NCBI GenBank assembly: GCA_963666975.2
Contig: CAXVYR010000004.1
Location: forward strand, 1,024,001 to 1,088,000
DNA length: 64,000 bases
Direction: 5' to 3'
Source: Terriglobia bacterium
GTDB taxonomy: Bacteria > Acidobacteriota > Terriglobia > 2-12-FULL-54-10
The notes under the pieces were generated by a model. The model ran no database searches. It was not told the DNA's origin and saw nothing but the letters and a program-made list of their open reading frames with translations. Shown here piece by piece: positions 51,439 through 61,345 of this stretch (the first letter of the stretch is position 1; each line of letters begins with the position of its first letter). The position numbers were made by a program, and so were the translations under genes.

Positions 51439-52206
51439 TCACGCCGGAAAGTTGACGATGGCGGCGAAGGATTTTGCCTCCAGGCTGGCTCCTCCCACCA
51501 AAGCTCCGTCTATATCCGGCTGCGCCATCAATCCTTGAATATTGCAGGGCTTCACGCTTCCGCCGTAGAGAATGCGCATCCGGGCGGCTGCCTCAGGCGG
51601 ACCTACCTGGCCCAGGCTTGACCGAATGAATTGGTGGGCCTGCTGAGCAATTTCCGGTGTCGCCGTGCGGCCCGTTCCAATCGCCCAAACGGGCTCGTAC
51701 GCCATTATGATACGGGAGAAGTCCTGCCCGGTCAAGCCGGCCAAACTGCCGCTCAACTGCCGTTCGAGCACTTTTTCTGTCTCGCCCGCCTCGCGTTCCG
51801 ACAAGCTCTCCCCCACGCAAACAATGGCTTGGAGGCCCGCATCCAAAGCCGCGCGAATCTTCTTGCTGACTCCCTCGTCGGTTTCGCCGAAAAACTGCCG
51901 CCGCTCGGAGTGGCCGATCAGCGTCAAGCGGCACCCGGCGTCGCGAATCATCGCGGCAGAGACTTCCCCCGTCCATGCCCCTTCGCTTTCCCAGTGCAGA
52001 TTCTGGGCGCTGATGGCGATGCCGCTCTCCTCCGCCGCCTCCACCGCGCGGCGCAGCAGAGTGAAGGGAGAGGCGATCACCATGTCGCAGTGCGCGGAGC
52101 CGGCCACCAAAGGGCGTATCTCCGCGAAAAACGATTCCGTCTCGGCTATCGTTTTGTACATCTTCCAATTCCCGGCGATCACCGGTTTGCGAGCACTCGG
52201 ATTCAT
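51439..52206 (-). CDS. tpiA: Triosephosphate isomerase
   Basis: AGNWKM, GHSERR, AYEPVWAIGTG, YGGSV. Confidence 0.98.
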   Translation of the reverse strand: MNPSARKPVIAGNWKMYKTIAETESFFAEIRPLVAGSAHCDMVIASPFTLLRRAVEAAEESGIAISAQNLHWESEGAWTGEVSAAMIRDAGCRLTLIGHSERRQFFGETDEGVSKKIRAALDAGLQAIVCVGESLSEREAGETEKVLERQLSGSLAGLTGQDFSRIIMAYEPVWAIGTGRTATPEIAQQAHQFIRSSLGQVGPPEAAARMRILYGGSVKPCNIQGLMAQPDIDGALVGGASLEAKSFAAIVNFPA

Positions 52207-52284
52207 ATCGTCACCTCCCTGGGAAGCAGGAAACTGAGAAAGCGGCTTCCGGCCGAAGTCCCGATGTTCCGCAGGATGTATTTC

Positions 52285-52629
52285 TCAGGATCCCGAAGAT
52301 TCTTCCGCGGCGGACATCTTGGCGCGTACTTGCTTGTAGGCGCGGGCCGCGCCCACGCCCAGGAAGGTAAATACGATGGCGTAAACATACCACGCCAAGT
52401 CCCGGCCGAACAGAACCAGATATAAATAGGCCGAGCAAAAAAAGAAACCAGCCAGGCTGGCCGGCAGCGCGAGCGACTTTTTCTGCCGATAGCTGCGAAC
52501 GATCCAATACACGCTGGCAAAGAAGAACGGAATCGCTCCCACATAAATCCCGTCAAAAATCAGCGGATTGACCCCGTGCCGGGCCCCCAATTCCATTGCT
52601 TGTTGGTAATAATCAACCAGCCAGCCCAA
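52285..52629 (-). CDS. Small membrane protein of unknown function
   Basis: Three hydrophobic segments; GAGGAGG ribosome-binding site. Confidence 0.7.
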   Translation of the reverse strand: MGWLVDYYQQAMELGARHGVNPLIFDGIYVGAIPFFFASVYWIVRSYRQKKSLALPASLAGFFFCSAYLYLVLFGRDLAWYVYAIVFTFLGVGAARAYKQVRAKMSAAEESSGS

Positions 52630-52823
52630 TGATCCTCCTCAAAAAAGACGGGCTTTGAAAGAACAGACTTTGCAAAACAGGTTTCCCCTGCCTAGATTTT
52701 AGATGCAGACACGCGTCCGATGACTCAGATTTCGGAGAGAATCGTCGCCCTCGCCGGCCACGCCATGCTATGGACGATTACGGAGAAACGCGTTTCCCAG
52801 CCGGCCCCTGCCAGCAAACATGC

Positions 52824-52852
52824 TTGACAACCGGGAAACCCTTCGATAGTGT
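52824..52852 (+). promoter_or_regulatory. Sigma70-like promoter
   Basis: TTGACA-N17-TAGTGT. Confidence 0.55.
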
Positions 52853-52882
52853 CGCTACTGATTCTCCCAGCGAGGTATTGAT

Positions 52883-53680
52883 TTGGCAGGCAGTATTGTA
52901 ACTCTGACAACGGATTTTGGCCACTCCGATCATTATGTCGGCGCCATGAAAGGCGCCATCCTGAACGTGAATCCGGAAGCGAAGCTGGTGGATATCTGCC
53001 ATGACGTCCGGCCCTACGACGTTTTGGATGGAGCCTTCGCGATCGCTCAGGCATATCCGTACTTCCCCCCCCGGACGATTCACCTGGTGCTGGTGGACCC
53101 GGGCGTGGGCTCTTCGCGGCGGCCCTTGCTCGTCACCACCGTCAAGCAAATCTTCGTAGCGCCCGACAACGGCGTGCTCTCGCTCATCTTCGCCCGCGAG
53201 GAGGTGACGGTCTATCACATCACCGCGACCCATTACTTCCTGGAGTCGGTCAGCAACACCTTCCATGGAAGAGACGTGTTTGCGCCCGTCGCAGGCTGGC
53301 TGAGCCGCCACGTGGAGCCGGGCAAGTTCGGAGAGCCCATCACCGACTTCGCGCGCTTCAGCGCGCCGCAGCCCAAGAAGGTCAACGAGCGGCTCCTCAA
53401 AGGGGTGGTTCTGCGGGTGGACCGGTTTGGCACTCTTTTGACGAACCTGACGCCTGACGACCTGCCGCAACTGTCGGCAGAGAATCCTCCGCCCATCAAG
53501 ATTCTGGTGGGAAAGTCCGAAATTACCGAGCTGAACGCAAGCTATTCGGAAGGCGCGCCGGGCGAGGTTTTCGCCATCATAGGAAGCACCGGATACCTGG
53601 AAATCGCGGCCAACCGGGCCTCGGCCTCGCAGTCGTTGGGCGTGGGCAAAGGCGCCGAGGTGGGAGTCATTCTCGGCTGA
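52883..53680 (+). CDS. SAM hydroxide adenosyltransferase (DUF62; chlorinase/fluorinase family)
   Basis: TTDFG, VDPGVG, APDNG, TFHGRDVFAP. Confidence 0.93.
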   Translation: MAGSIVTLTTDFGHSDHYVGAMKGAILNVNPEAKLVDICHDVRPYDVLDGAFAIAQAYPYFPPRTIHLVLVDPGVGSSRRPLLVTTVKQIFVAPDNGVLSLIFAREEVTVYHITATHYFLESVSNTFHGRDVFAPVAGWLSRHVEPGKFGEPITDFARFSAPQPKKVNERLLKGVVLRVDRFGTLLTNLTPDDLPQLSAENPPPIKILVGKSEITELNASYSEGAPGEVFAIIGSTGYLEIAANRASASQSLGVGKGAEVGVILG

Positions 53681-53709
53681 AATTCGGAAGTCCGGTATAA
53701 TAGTCCAGC

Positions 53710-53982
53710 ATGGAAGAGAAAGATTTTTTCACAGAAAAAGAAGAACTCCGCCCGGCAACGCTCCAGTGCCCCTCCTGCCGGGAGCAAGCGAGCTATGATC
53801 TCCGCTGGGTCGTCCGGCGGAAAAAAGAGTCGTTGCCGCCCCGGGCCACCGAACAGGACCGCCAGAAGTTCGCCCGCGCCCAGCCCTACATGGTTCGCAA
53901 GGACGACCTTGTTTCCTGCAAAAATATCCGCTGCCGCAAACGCATTGAGGTCTCCGGGGTGCAATCGGTGGTTTTCTTGTAA
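53710..53982 (+). CDS. Small putative Zn-binding hypothetical protein
   Basis: CPSC and CKNIRC pairs. Confidence 0.75.
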   Translation: MEEKDFFTEKEELRPATLQCPSCREQASYDLRWVVRRKKESLPPRATEQDRQKFARAQPYMVRKDDLVSCKNIRCRKRIEVSGVQSVVFL

Positions 53983-54005
53983 GGCCCGGAAGCTTTGCCC
54001 AATGG

Positions 54006-54257
54006 TCACAGGGAAGAAGAATCCGCTTCCCGGCGCAGGCGTTTTTCGAGCGCCCGCATCTCGACTCCCCATTTCAAAAAACGCCCAATACTCTTCCGTT
54101 CTCTCCAGAGGAATTTGCAGAAAACGCTGCGGGTAATCGTTTCCGCCGGGATGCCGGAGAAGGTCTCCAGACGCCACCGCAGATAGGGACTTTCCCAGGG
54201 CCGCAGCCGGTATCCGGCCGACGCCGTCCAGAGGAACCGCAGAGCATAGAGGATCAT
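54006..54257 (-). CDS. Hypothetical protein
   Basis: Short ORF (YRLRPWESPYLRWRLETF) filling the gap between genes. Confidence 0.6.
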   Translation of the reverse strand: MILYALRFLWTASAGYRLRPWESPYLRWRLETFSGIPAETITRSVFCKFLWRERKSIGRFLKWGVEMRALEKRLRREADSSSL

Positions 54258-54314
54258 AGAAGCACTGTTTGGAGCCGCCTCGAACCCGGCTCCCGGACTT
54301 GCCTTCACTGCTAT

Positions 54315-55562
54315 TTACATGTGTTTCAGAATGCAGATCGTCAGGTCATCGTGGAAGTTGTATCCACTAAAGGCCGCAACTTCCTCCTGCAAGGAGCGGC
54401 AAATGGCAGCTGCAGACTTCTCCCTGTTTTTTTCCACCACTCCGAGAATCTTTTCGGCATCGAAAGCATCTCCTGCCTGGTTCTCCGACTCACTCAGGCC
54501 GTCACTGAAAAAAACCAAAATGTCATTGGGGCGGAGCACAATGGAGTCTTCATGGAATGATGCTTCCGGCAGAACTCCCAGCACCGGGCCGCCCGTCTCC
54601 AGCCGGCGGGGCTTCTTCCCCGGGCGGTAGAGAAGCGGCGCCACGTTCCCTCCGTTCACATAGATCAGCCGCCGCGTGCTGCAGTCCAGCGCCGCATAGA
54701 AGGCCGTCACGAATTGGTGGGTGGCGGTGCTTTCCACAAGCTGCTGGTTGGCCTTGCGAAAGACTGAACGGATGTTGAAATCGTTTTGAATCAGCCCGCG
54801 AAACAGTGCGCGGAATCCGGTCATCAACAGGGCGGAAGGAATGCCCTTTCCGGAAGCGTCCGCCACCAGAAACCCGTAATGATCATCGGGCAGCACGATG
54901 AAATCCAGCAAATCGCCGCCCACCATCTTGGCGGGAATGGTGATACTGCCCAAGTCAAAACAGGGGATATTGGGAGGGGTTCGGGGCATCAAGCGGGCCA
55001 TGATCTCTTTGGCCATGACCAAATCCCGTTCCATCTCCCCATCTCCTTCCCGGAGCATCCTTTGATGGATCAGGGCGCTTTCGATAAGGCCCGAGGCCTG
55101 GATGGCAAACGCGGAGAGCGCTTCCCCATCCTGCTCGGAATACGCGCCCGTTTGGGAGGACCTCAAAACCAGCGCGCCCCGCACCTGCGGCGAGGCCCGG
55201 AAGGGGACGGCCATCTGCGAACGGACGTTCTCCGTTGCGTCGGTCTTCCTTCGGTTGCCGGACAGGTTTGAAATCATAAAGGAGGAGGTGGCATGCAGGG
55301 CGGCTTGCAAGGCTCCCTCGCCGGTGCTCAGCTCCTGATCAAACAGATCGGTTACCTGGCCTTGGATGGTTCGTGTCTGCTCATCGAGAAGAAAGATTCC
55401 CGCCGCATGATCCGGAGCCACTTTCTGCAACAGGCTCAGCAAATGCTGCAATACCCGGACCAGATCCAACGAACCGCTGCCTGCTCTGAGCTCGCCTCGC
55501 AGTCCGCTCCACCGCGAATCCCTTTCCGTTGAGGGGGCTTGTCCGCTTTCTTGTTTTGTCAC
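54315..55562 (-). CDS. GAF + PP2C (SpoIIE/RsbU-like) phosphatase
   Basis: VGGD, ADASGKG, FSDGL, DDLT. Start uncertain (up to 55601). Confidence 0.9.
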   Translation of the reverse strand: MTKQESGQAPSTERDSRWSGLRGELRAGSGSLDLVRVLQHLLSLLQKVAPDHAAGIFLLDEQTRTIQGQVTDLFDQELSTGEGALQAALHATSSFMISNLSGNRRKTDATENVRSQMAVPFRASPQVRGALVLRSSQTGAYSEQDGEALSAFAIQASGLIESALIHQRMLREGDGEMERDLVMAKEIMARLMPRTPPNIPCFDLGSITIPAKMVGGDLLDFIVLPDDHYGFLVADASGKGIPSALLMTGFRALFRGLIQNDFNIRSVFRKANQQLVESTATHQFVTAFYAALDCSTRRLIYVNGGNVAPLLYRPGKKPRRLETGGPVLGVLPEASFHEDSIVLRPNDILVFFSDGLSESENQAGDAFDAEKILGVVEKNREKSAAAICRSLQEEVAAFSGYNFHDDLTICILKHM

Positions 55563-55637
55563 GTTGATTTCCGAAGTTGAATTCTGAGTTGAACTGCACA
55601 ACTAACCATAGCACTCATATTTGTGCTCCATAGAAAC

Positions 55638-56741
55638 TCAATACTGGAAACCCACGGGAAGCCAGATGACGTCCAGCGTGCGGTTGCTCAGTCCTCCCCG
55701 CCCTCCGCCGATTCCTACCAGCACCCGGAGGCGCGATTCATCCGCGCCTTTTTCCAAAAGATACCGCTTCACAGTCTCCCCTCTCGCGGCAGACAGAGCT
55801 TGCGGGTTTTGCTCTTCCGGCCCGGAATAGGATTCGATGGAGACGATCCCCTCAGGCTCCTCCCGCAATCGAACGAGAACCTTTTCCAGTTGAGCTTTCG
55901 CGCCGGGCTCAAGAGTCTGGTGATTCACGCCAAAAATTATCTGTGCCATGCTCTGCGGCGTGGGAGGGGGCGGAGGGGGAGGCGGAATTTCCACCTTTAC
56001 CGACGTGATGCAGTCCGAGGCCCCGCCCCAGCCATCCTCTACGCGGCCGGTGACCGTATAGACGCCCGGCAAAAGCCCCTCGGTATGGAGCCGTACTGCC
56101 TGACCTTCGGCTCCTTCTGCTCGACCTTCTCCTTGTTCTTGTCCCTGTCCTTGCAACCGGCCTGCATTGGAAAACCAATGGTAGCGGAGCGAATGGCCCA
56201 AGCTGTCGGTGGCCTCCGCCGTGATGGCGGCTTCCTCTCCCGGCGCGACCACGGACGGATCGGAAGCGCAGGACATGGTGAGGATGTCCGCCGGTCGCAC
56301 GACTTGAAAATGCGCCACGCAACTGGCCGAATGGCTGTAGGCATCCTGCACTACCGCCCGGACGCTATAGACACCAGGGTTTACACCGCTGAGATCAACC
56401 TTCACTTCCGGAACATTGCTTTCATCACCCACAATACGCCCCCCGTTCACCGACCACGCATAAGCAAGGTCGTGTTCCCGTAAGTCGGCGGCCTCTGCCT
56501 TCACGCCCAGCAACTCCTCCGAACCCTGCTCGATCTTCTCTTGCTCCAGCGTGCACTGGACGCTGACCTCATCGGGTTTGCTCCAGGGCCAATCCGCTGC
56601 GAACAAGCCAGCCGGATGCGCCAACCCTGCAAAACAAACCAAGAAGATCAGAAAACTGAGAACGCCCATGCGGCCACCGGGGCGACGGCGGGCTTTTCGC
56701 CGGATGCCTCCCTCATTTTTTGCTGCAACTTCCACCTGCAT
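55638..56741 (-). CDS. Secreted PKD/Ig-repeat protein with an OmpA-like C-terminus
   Basis: Two Ig-like repeats (PGVYSV, PGVYTV), Pro linker, LSAARGETVKRYL...NRTLD. Confidence 0.75.
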   Translation of the reverse strand: MQVEVAAKNEGGIRRKARRRPGGRMGVLSFLIFLVCFAGLAHPAGLFAADWPWSKPDEVSVQCTLEQEKIEQGSEELLGVKAEAADLREHDLAYAWSVNGGRIVGDESNVPEVKVDLSGVNPGVYSVRAVVQDAYSHSASCVAHFQVVRPADILTMSCASDPSVVAPGEEAAITAEATDSLGHSLRYHWFSNAGRLQGQGQEQGEGRAEGAEGQAVRLHTEGLLPGVYTVTGRVEDGWGGASDCITSVKVEIPPPPPPPPTPQSMAQIIFGVNHQTLEPGAKAQLEKVLVRLREEPEGIVSIESYSGPEEQNPQALSAARGETVKRYLLEKGADESRLRVLVGIGGGRGGLSNRTLDVIWLPVGFQY

Positions 56742-57064
56742 TCCGTGTCTCCAATGAATAAGACGTACGTTTCGGCAGTCAGCGTAGACTCCAACCTGCC
56801 AAAAGCGAATTCGCCCGGCTTCGTCCAGCCGGACTAAACATTCATTCGGCGATCCATTCGGCGATGCACTCAAGACCCTGTAGTAAACCCTCATTATACG
56901 CAAGCGGAAAGGAAAGTGGTCCCTCGGAAAGCAGATATGCCCCCAGATGAGATGGAAAGGGATGAGCCGGGAAGGAATAAGGAATGTCGTCGGCAGAAGG
57001 AGATCATGGGCGAGAGCCGCGCAGATCTGTCAGCCGGCAAAGAGCATGCCGAGCGGTCCGTCGC

Positions 57065-58210
57065 TTAGCCATTCGTTTTCTGCTGGGCAGACACAGGAAC
57101 CGGCATGAAACCAGCGAGGGTTTTCAGAAACGGTTTTCGTTTGGCCATCACGCGGTTCTTGCCGCGCTTTTTTCCCTCATAGAGCGCCTCGTCGGCCTGC
57201 CGGATGACATCCTCCGGGCTCTGCCTGGGAGTAAACTCCGCCAGCCCACAAGTAACCGTGAACCGCACCAGGCTGGCTTGTTCGCCTTCCCCGTACTGGT
57301 AACCGGGAGCGCAAACTTTCTCCAGCAAATCCGACAATCGGGGTTTCACCTCGGCGAGCCTCGCATTGCCCATCAGGAAGACAAACTCGTCGCCGCCGTA
57401 GCGCCCCAAGAAATCGGTATCGCGAAGCCATCCGCCGAGATGCTCCATCAGAGTAACCAGAACACGGTCGCCGACTTGGTGTCCGTGCGTGTCATTCAAG
57501 CGCTTGAAATCGTCCACGTCCATCATGGCGAGAACAAAGAATTTTCCGTTTTCCCCGTAAGCTTTTACCCAGTGCCGGAGCGTCCTGTCGAAACTCCCCC
57601 GGTTGGCGACGCCTGTCAAGGAGTCTAATGTTGCCTCTTCCCGAACTTGGTTGAGCTCCGAGTGGAGTCCCTCGATCGTTTGCGAGAGCTTGGAGCAGAG
57701 AGCTTCATCCTGCTTTCTCTTTTCCGTCACCAAATCCTGGAGACCGGAGACCTCCTGGGCGATTTGTTTTTTCAACTCCCGGATGTCCTCAATTTCGCTC
57801 AGCCGGGTGAAGCGTTCCGAGGCGCCCAGCAAACGCGTGTGGAAGGTATTCGCCTCCCCTGCGACCTCTGCCACGGCCTTTCTCAAGATGTCGATGACCT
57901 CCCCATATTCCGCTTCCCGCTCGGACTGGAACATCCGAACTTGTTTGAAATATAAGTTGCAGGCAGCCAGACACTCTTGGGCTGTTGCTTCCATGGACTC
58001 CCGGTTGCCGGCCTCAGCATCAACACCAGTGATGCGAGCCCGGTAAAGTTCCAGTTTGGACCGGAATTCCTGAATGCCAAGGTCCTTTGCTTCCAAGGGA
58101 ACCTCAGAGATGAGGGCTAACAGGCGGTCCAGGAGCCACGCCAGCACGACCGGCTCATCCCCGGAATGTCTCGTCTGAGCAAGACCTAGCTTGATTAATT
58201 GTTCACCCAT
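57065..58210 (-). CDS. Diguanylate cyclase (GGDEF)
   Basis: DSLTG, DVDDFK, RDTD inhibitory site, RYGGDEF. Confidence 0.93.
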   Translation of the reverse strand: MGEQLIKLGLAQTRHSGDEPVVLAWLLDRLLALISEVPLEAKDLGIQEFRSKLELYRARITGVDAEAGNRESMEATAQECLAACNLYFKQVRMFQSEREAEYGEVIDILRKAVAEVAGEANTFHTRLLGASERFTRLSEIEDIRELKKQIAQEVSGLQDLVTEKRKQDEALCSKLSQTIEGLHSELNQVREEATLDSLTGVANRGSFDRTLRHWVKAYGENGKFFVLAMMDVDDFKRLNDTHGHQVGDRVLVTLMEHLGGWLRDTDFLGRYGGDEFVFLMGNARLAEVKPRLSDLLEKVCAPGYQYGEGEQASLVRFTVTCGLAEFTPRQSPEDVIRQADEALYEGKKRGKNRVMAKRKPFLKTLAGFMPVPVSAQQKTNG

Positions 58211-58291
58211 AGGTTTACGCCGTGCAGATGAGTTCTGCAATTCAACCTAATCTATCGGCAAATGGCGGGGAAACCTGAAAGGGATTTTTCT

Positions 58292-58888
58292 TTATGAATC
58301 AGAGGTGTGGGAGAGACGGTCGAGCAGCACGCTCAGAGGTTCCGCCTTGCTTGCCTGAACCGAAACGCCGTAAAGCTGATTCCGGTCGCTTTGCGGAACC
58401 AATTGGTAGCCTCCCTGGCCGAACAGCGCGTCCAGAGCTTGCCGAATGGCGGGTTGCAGTTGCTCATCCGTGGCGGGAGTATTGGGAGTCTCCAGACGGT
58501 CATTGAAGCGGAGGTCCAGCGAGTCGGTCCGGAGACGGACGCCTGGAGGAAACTCTTTCTCCGCCACCAGGAGGTTGGACAGCGCCAGACACCACTCGAT
58601 GGCAGAGAGAATTCTTGCCGGGTGGGAGCCGGTCAAGCCTTTTTTGGCGGCGTATAAAATGCCGGGGCCGGGGTCGCCCATGTCAAAGGAAAAGTTACAG
58701 CGCTGCCCAATCAGCACAATCCCAGGCCCCCGCGAGACATGCGCGTAGTCGGCCATGTCCACCCAATCGGCGGGATGGCCCTCTTGTTTGCGCCAGCGGC
58801 CAAAGATGGTAATGAAGGAATCCAGGCTGAGCGACGCAGGCGCATCGCTGCCGATTCTGATTTGAAGCCGCTGCAAGTCTTGGATCAA
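58292..58888 (-). CDS. Hypothetical protein downstream of the sulfite reductase-like gene
   Basis: Same strand as the reductase; WVDMADYAHV..GPGIVLIG; TTG start inferred. Confidence 0.65.
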   Translation of the reverse strand: MIQDLQRLQIRIGSDAPASLSLDSFITIFGRWRKQEGHPADWVDMADYAHVSRGPGIVLIGQRCNFSFDMGDPGPGILYAAKKGLTGSHPARILSAIEWCLALSNLLVAEKEFPPGVRLRTDSLDLRFNDRLETPNTPATDEQLQPAIRQALDALFGQGGYQLVPQSDRNQLYGVSVQASKAEPLSVLLDRLSHTSDS

Positions 58889-58994
58889 ATTCGGAATCCT
58901 AAGCTTTCCTGAGACAAGAAGTGGAGTACGCAAAGCATGGCGAATAGTACGGCGCAGAGTTGCACCCACAACCGTGAACTGCCGGTGCAGCCCC

Positions 58995-61148
58995 TCAGGC
59001 CAGCGCGCCTCCCATGCGGCTGTACACGCCGTGAGCTTCCTCAATAAACAGTGTCGCCTCTTCCACGCGCTGATGGGCTTTTTCCGCGCTCAGGTTCTCG
59101 GGTCCCTCCCGGACGGCGCGGAAAAAGTACTCGCCGATCATGGGAATGAATTTGCCATTTTCGCCGAAGTGTTTGCGGAACTCCTCGACCGTATCATAGC
59201 GGTCGGAAAGCAGCAGCCCGCGGGTGAAAAGAAGTCCATCGGCCGCCTTTTTCATGGCCTGCAAGGCGGTGCCGGCTGCCTCCCCCAGGCGTCCCGCTTC
59301 CAGGTGCAGCGAGGCCTCAAACTCCATTCGGTCGGCATCCTCCAGCAGGAACTCTGCTTGGTCCACCACCTCCCCGGCGCATTCGCCCACACCGGTTGAC
59401 ACAAAGTAATCCCAATCCTGCCGGTTGTCCCGGTAATATTCCGGGTGTTCGTCGTACTCCGGCAAGTGCTCGAACTCGGCCAGTTCCTGCTTCATGCGGG
59501 CCTTGCCCAGCCGGTTGGTGAACTCGGTGAAACCTTCTGAACCGCTCCGTTCCGCCGTGTAGAGACCCGTCAGCTTCCGGACCACCGCCGGAGCGTCCTT
59601 GCTGGCAATCTTGCCCACCGAAAGGCCGAAGGAGGCGGCATTGCCCTCCGGCTTCCCTCCCAACACAACCTGAAAAATCGGCACGACATGCTGCCCCTTA
59701 CGGCGGCTGGACCCGAAGAAGCCGATATGGGCTATGTGGTGCTGCCCGCAAGCATTAAAGCAGCCGCTGATCTTAATGCGAACATCTTTCCGCTCCGCCA
59801 GATCTCCCATCCCGTTCTGAAAATCCTGGTGCAGGACGGCTGCCAGGCCCCGCGAGGAAGTAATCCCCAGCTTGCAAGAGTCCGTGCCGGGGCATGCAGT
59901 GATGTTGGCCATGCCCTCCGCCCCCGGCTGCGCCAGATCGAGCGCCGCCAGGTCTTGATAGAGCGCCGGCAGCTCGCCCGTGGGAACCCAGCGTATCAGA
60001 AGATTCTGGTCCACAGTGGTGCGGACGGTATCGTTGACATACTTGCGGCACACCCCGGCCAGAGAGTGCAACTGGCGGGCCGTGATGTCCCCCAGAGGAA
60101 GAAACACGGTCACCATCGAGTAGCCCTCTTGCGCCTGCGGACGCACATTCATCCGCATCCACTTTTGGAATTTGTCCGATGTGCCGGTCAGTTGCAGCGG
60201 CGAGCCGGGCTTCAGCGGCTTCTCTTGATCGGCTCCGGCTTCCGATAGGTGCTCGGTCCACTGCGGATCGTGAGGGAGCTTTTTGCGTTCTTCCCGGACT
60301 TGAGCGGCGAACTCGTCCATGCCGAGCTTTGCCACCAGGAACTTCATCCTGGCCTTGGCCCGGTTTTTCTTTTCGCCCAGCCGTGCAAATACGCGGGCAA
60401 TGGCCTGGGCCACGGGAAGCATCTCCCCGGCGGGAACAAAATCGCTGTAGAGCTTGGCTTGGTGGGGAATGGCCCCGAGCCCGCCGCCGAGGTAGACTTG
60501 AAATCCTCGCTGGAGCTTTCCGCTCTCTTCCCGCACCGCCGCGATGGCTCCGATGTCGTGAATGATGGCCAGCCCGCAGGGGTGCTGGCGGCAGCCGGAA
60601 AAGGCAATCTTGAATTTGCGCCCAAAATTCTGGGCATCGGGGTGGCGCAACAGAAAATAAGCCATCGCCCGTGCGTGGGGGGTTACATCAAAGGACTCGT
60701 CCGAGCAGACGCCCGATTGCGGGCAGGCGGTGACGTTGCGCACCGCGTTGCCGCAGGCCTCGCGCGTGGTGATGCCCGCCTCCGCCAGCCGGCGCATCAG
60801 GTTCGGCGTGTCGTTGATGTCCACAAAGTGAAACTGGATGTCCTGCCGGGTGGTGATGTGGCTGATCCCGTCGGCGTACTCCTCGGAGAGGTTCGCCAGC
60901 TCTTCCATCTGCCGTGTGGTCAGTATGCCGAGCGGGATCTTGATGCGCAGCATCTGCACCCCCGCCTGTCGCTGTCCGTAAACGCCGTGGCGGAGGCGAA
61001 ACTCCAGGAAGACCTTCTCCGGCATCTGCCCTTGCTGCACGCGGCGCAACTCGGTCTCATAGATGTCAATTTCTTCCCGGACCGCCTGTGGCAGATGCTG
61101 CCACCGCTCCGCTTGCTTTGCGGGTACCGATGCAGTTTGCTCGCTCAT
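58995..61148 (-). CDS. Siroheme/4Fe-4S sulfite (or nitrite) reductase with a C-terminal helical extension
   Basis: GVYGQRQ, MLRIK, TTRQDIQ, RNVTAC, RKFKIA, CPGTDSC, SGCFNACG. Sulfite is favoured because of the Cys leader. Confidence 0.9.
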   Translation of the reverse strand: MSEQTASVPAKQAERWQHLPQAVREEIDIYETELRRVQQGQMPEKVFLEFRLRHGVYGQRQAGVQMLRIKIPLGILTTRQMEELANLSEEYADGISHITTRQDIQFHFVDINDTPNLMRRLAEAGITTREACGNAVRNVTACPQSGVCSDESFDVTPHARAMAYFLLRHPDAQNFGRKFKIAFSGCRQHPCGLAIIHDIGAIAAVREESGKLQRGFQVYLGGGLGAIPHQAKLYSDFVPAGEMLPVAQAIARVFARLGEKKNRAKARMKFLVAKLGMDEFAAQVREERKKLPHDPQWTEHLSEAGADQEKPLKPGSPLQLTGTSDKFQKWMRMNVRPQAQEGYSMVTVFLPLGDITARQLHSLAGVCRKYVNDTVRTTVDQNLLIRWVPTGELPALYQDLAALDLAQPGAEGMANITACPGTDSCKLGITSSRGLAAVLHQDFQNGMGDLAERKDVRIKISGCFNACGQHHIAHIGFFGSSRRKGQHVVPIFQVVLGGKPEGNAASFGLSVGKIASKDAPAVVRKLTGLYTAERSGSEGFTEFTNRLGKARMKQELAEFEHLPEYDEHPEYYRDNRQDWDYFVSTGVGECAGEVVDQAEFLLEDADRMEFEASLHLEAGRLGEAAGTALQAMKKAADGLLFTRGLLLSDRYDTVEEFRKHFGENGKFIPMIGEYFFRAVREGPENLSAEKAHQRVEEATLFIEEAHGVYSRMGGALA

Positions 61149-61179
61149 TTACTCCCCCCTTTTATTCCCCTTTGTGGCG

Positions 61180-61224
61180 AAAAACAAAAAACCCACCCCG
61201 GAGCGCTCTTCCGTGGTGGGTTTT
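61180..61224 (-). terminator. Intrinsic terminator in the reductase leader (attenuator)
   Basis: AAAACCCACCACGGA-7 nt loop-TCCGGGGTGGGTTTT followed by TTGTTTTT. Confidence 0.85.
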
Positions 61225-61285
61225 CCTTGTAAAGATTATTTCTGAATGATCTTGTTAAGGACTAGCCATCCCCCACCCGCCGGAG

Positions 61286-61345
61286 CTACACACAACAACA
61301 GCAACAGCAGCACATGATCCGGCGAAGATGGGATTTCCCGCGCAT
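61286..61345 (-). CDS. Cysteine-rich leader peptide MRGKSHLRRIMCCCCCCCV
   Basis: Seven consecutive TGC/TGT codons just before TAG; AGAAGGGG ribosome-binding site upstream. Confidence 0.85.
   Translation of the reverse strand: MRGKSHLRRIMCCCCCCCV

Noticed and set aside
52883-53680. Halogenase partnered with the dehalogenase
   Set aside because: Most DUF62-family proteins are SAM hydrolases, there is no biosynthetic cluster, and the gene is more than 22 kb from dhaA.
61289-61312. CAA/CAG-like microsatellite or poly-Gln on the plus strand
   Set aside because: It is better explained as seven Cys codons on the minus strand with a ribosome-binding site, start, stop and terminator.
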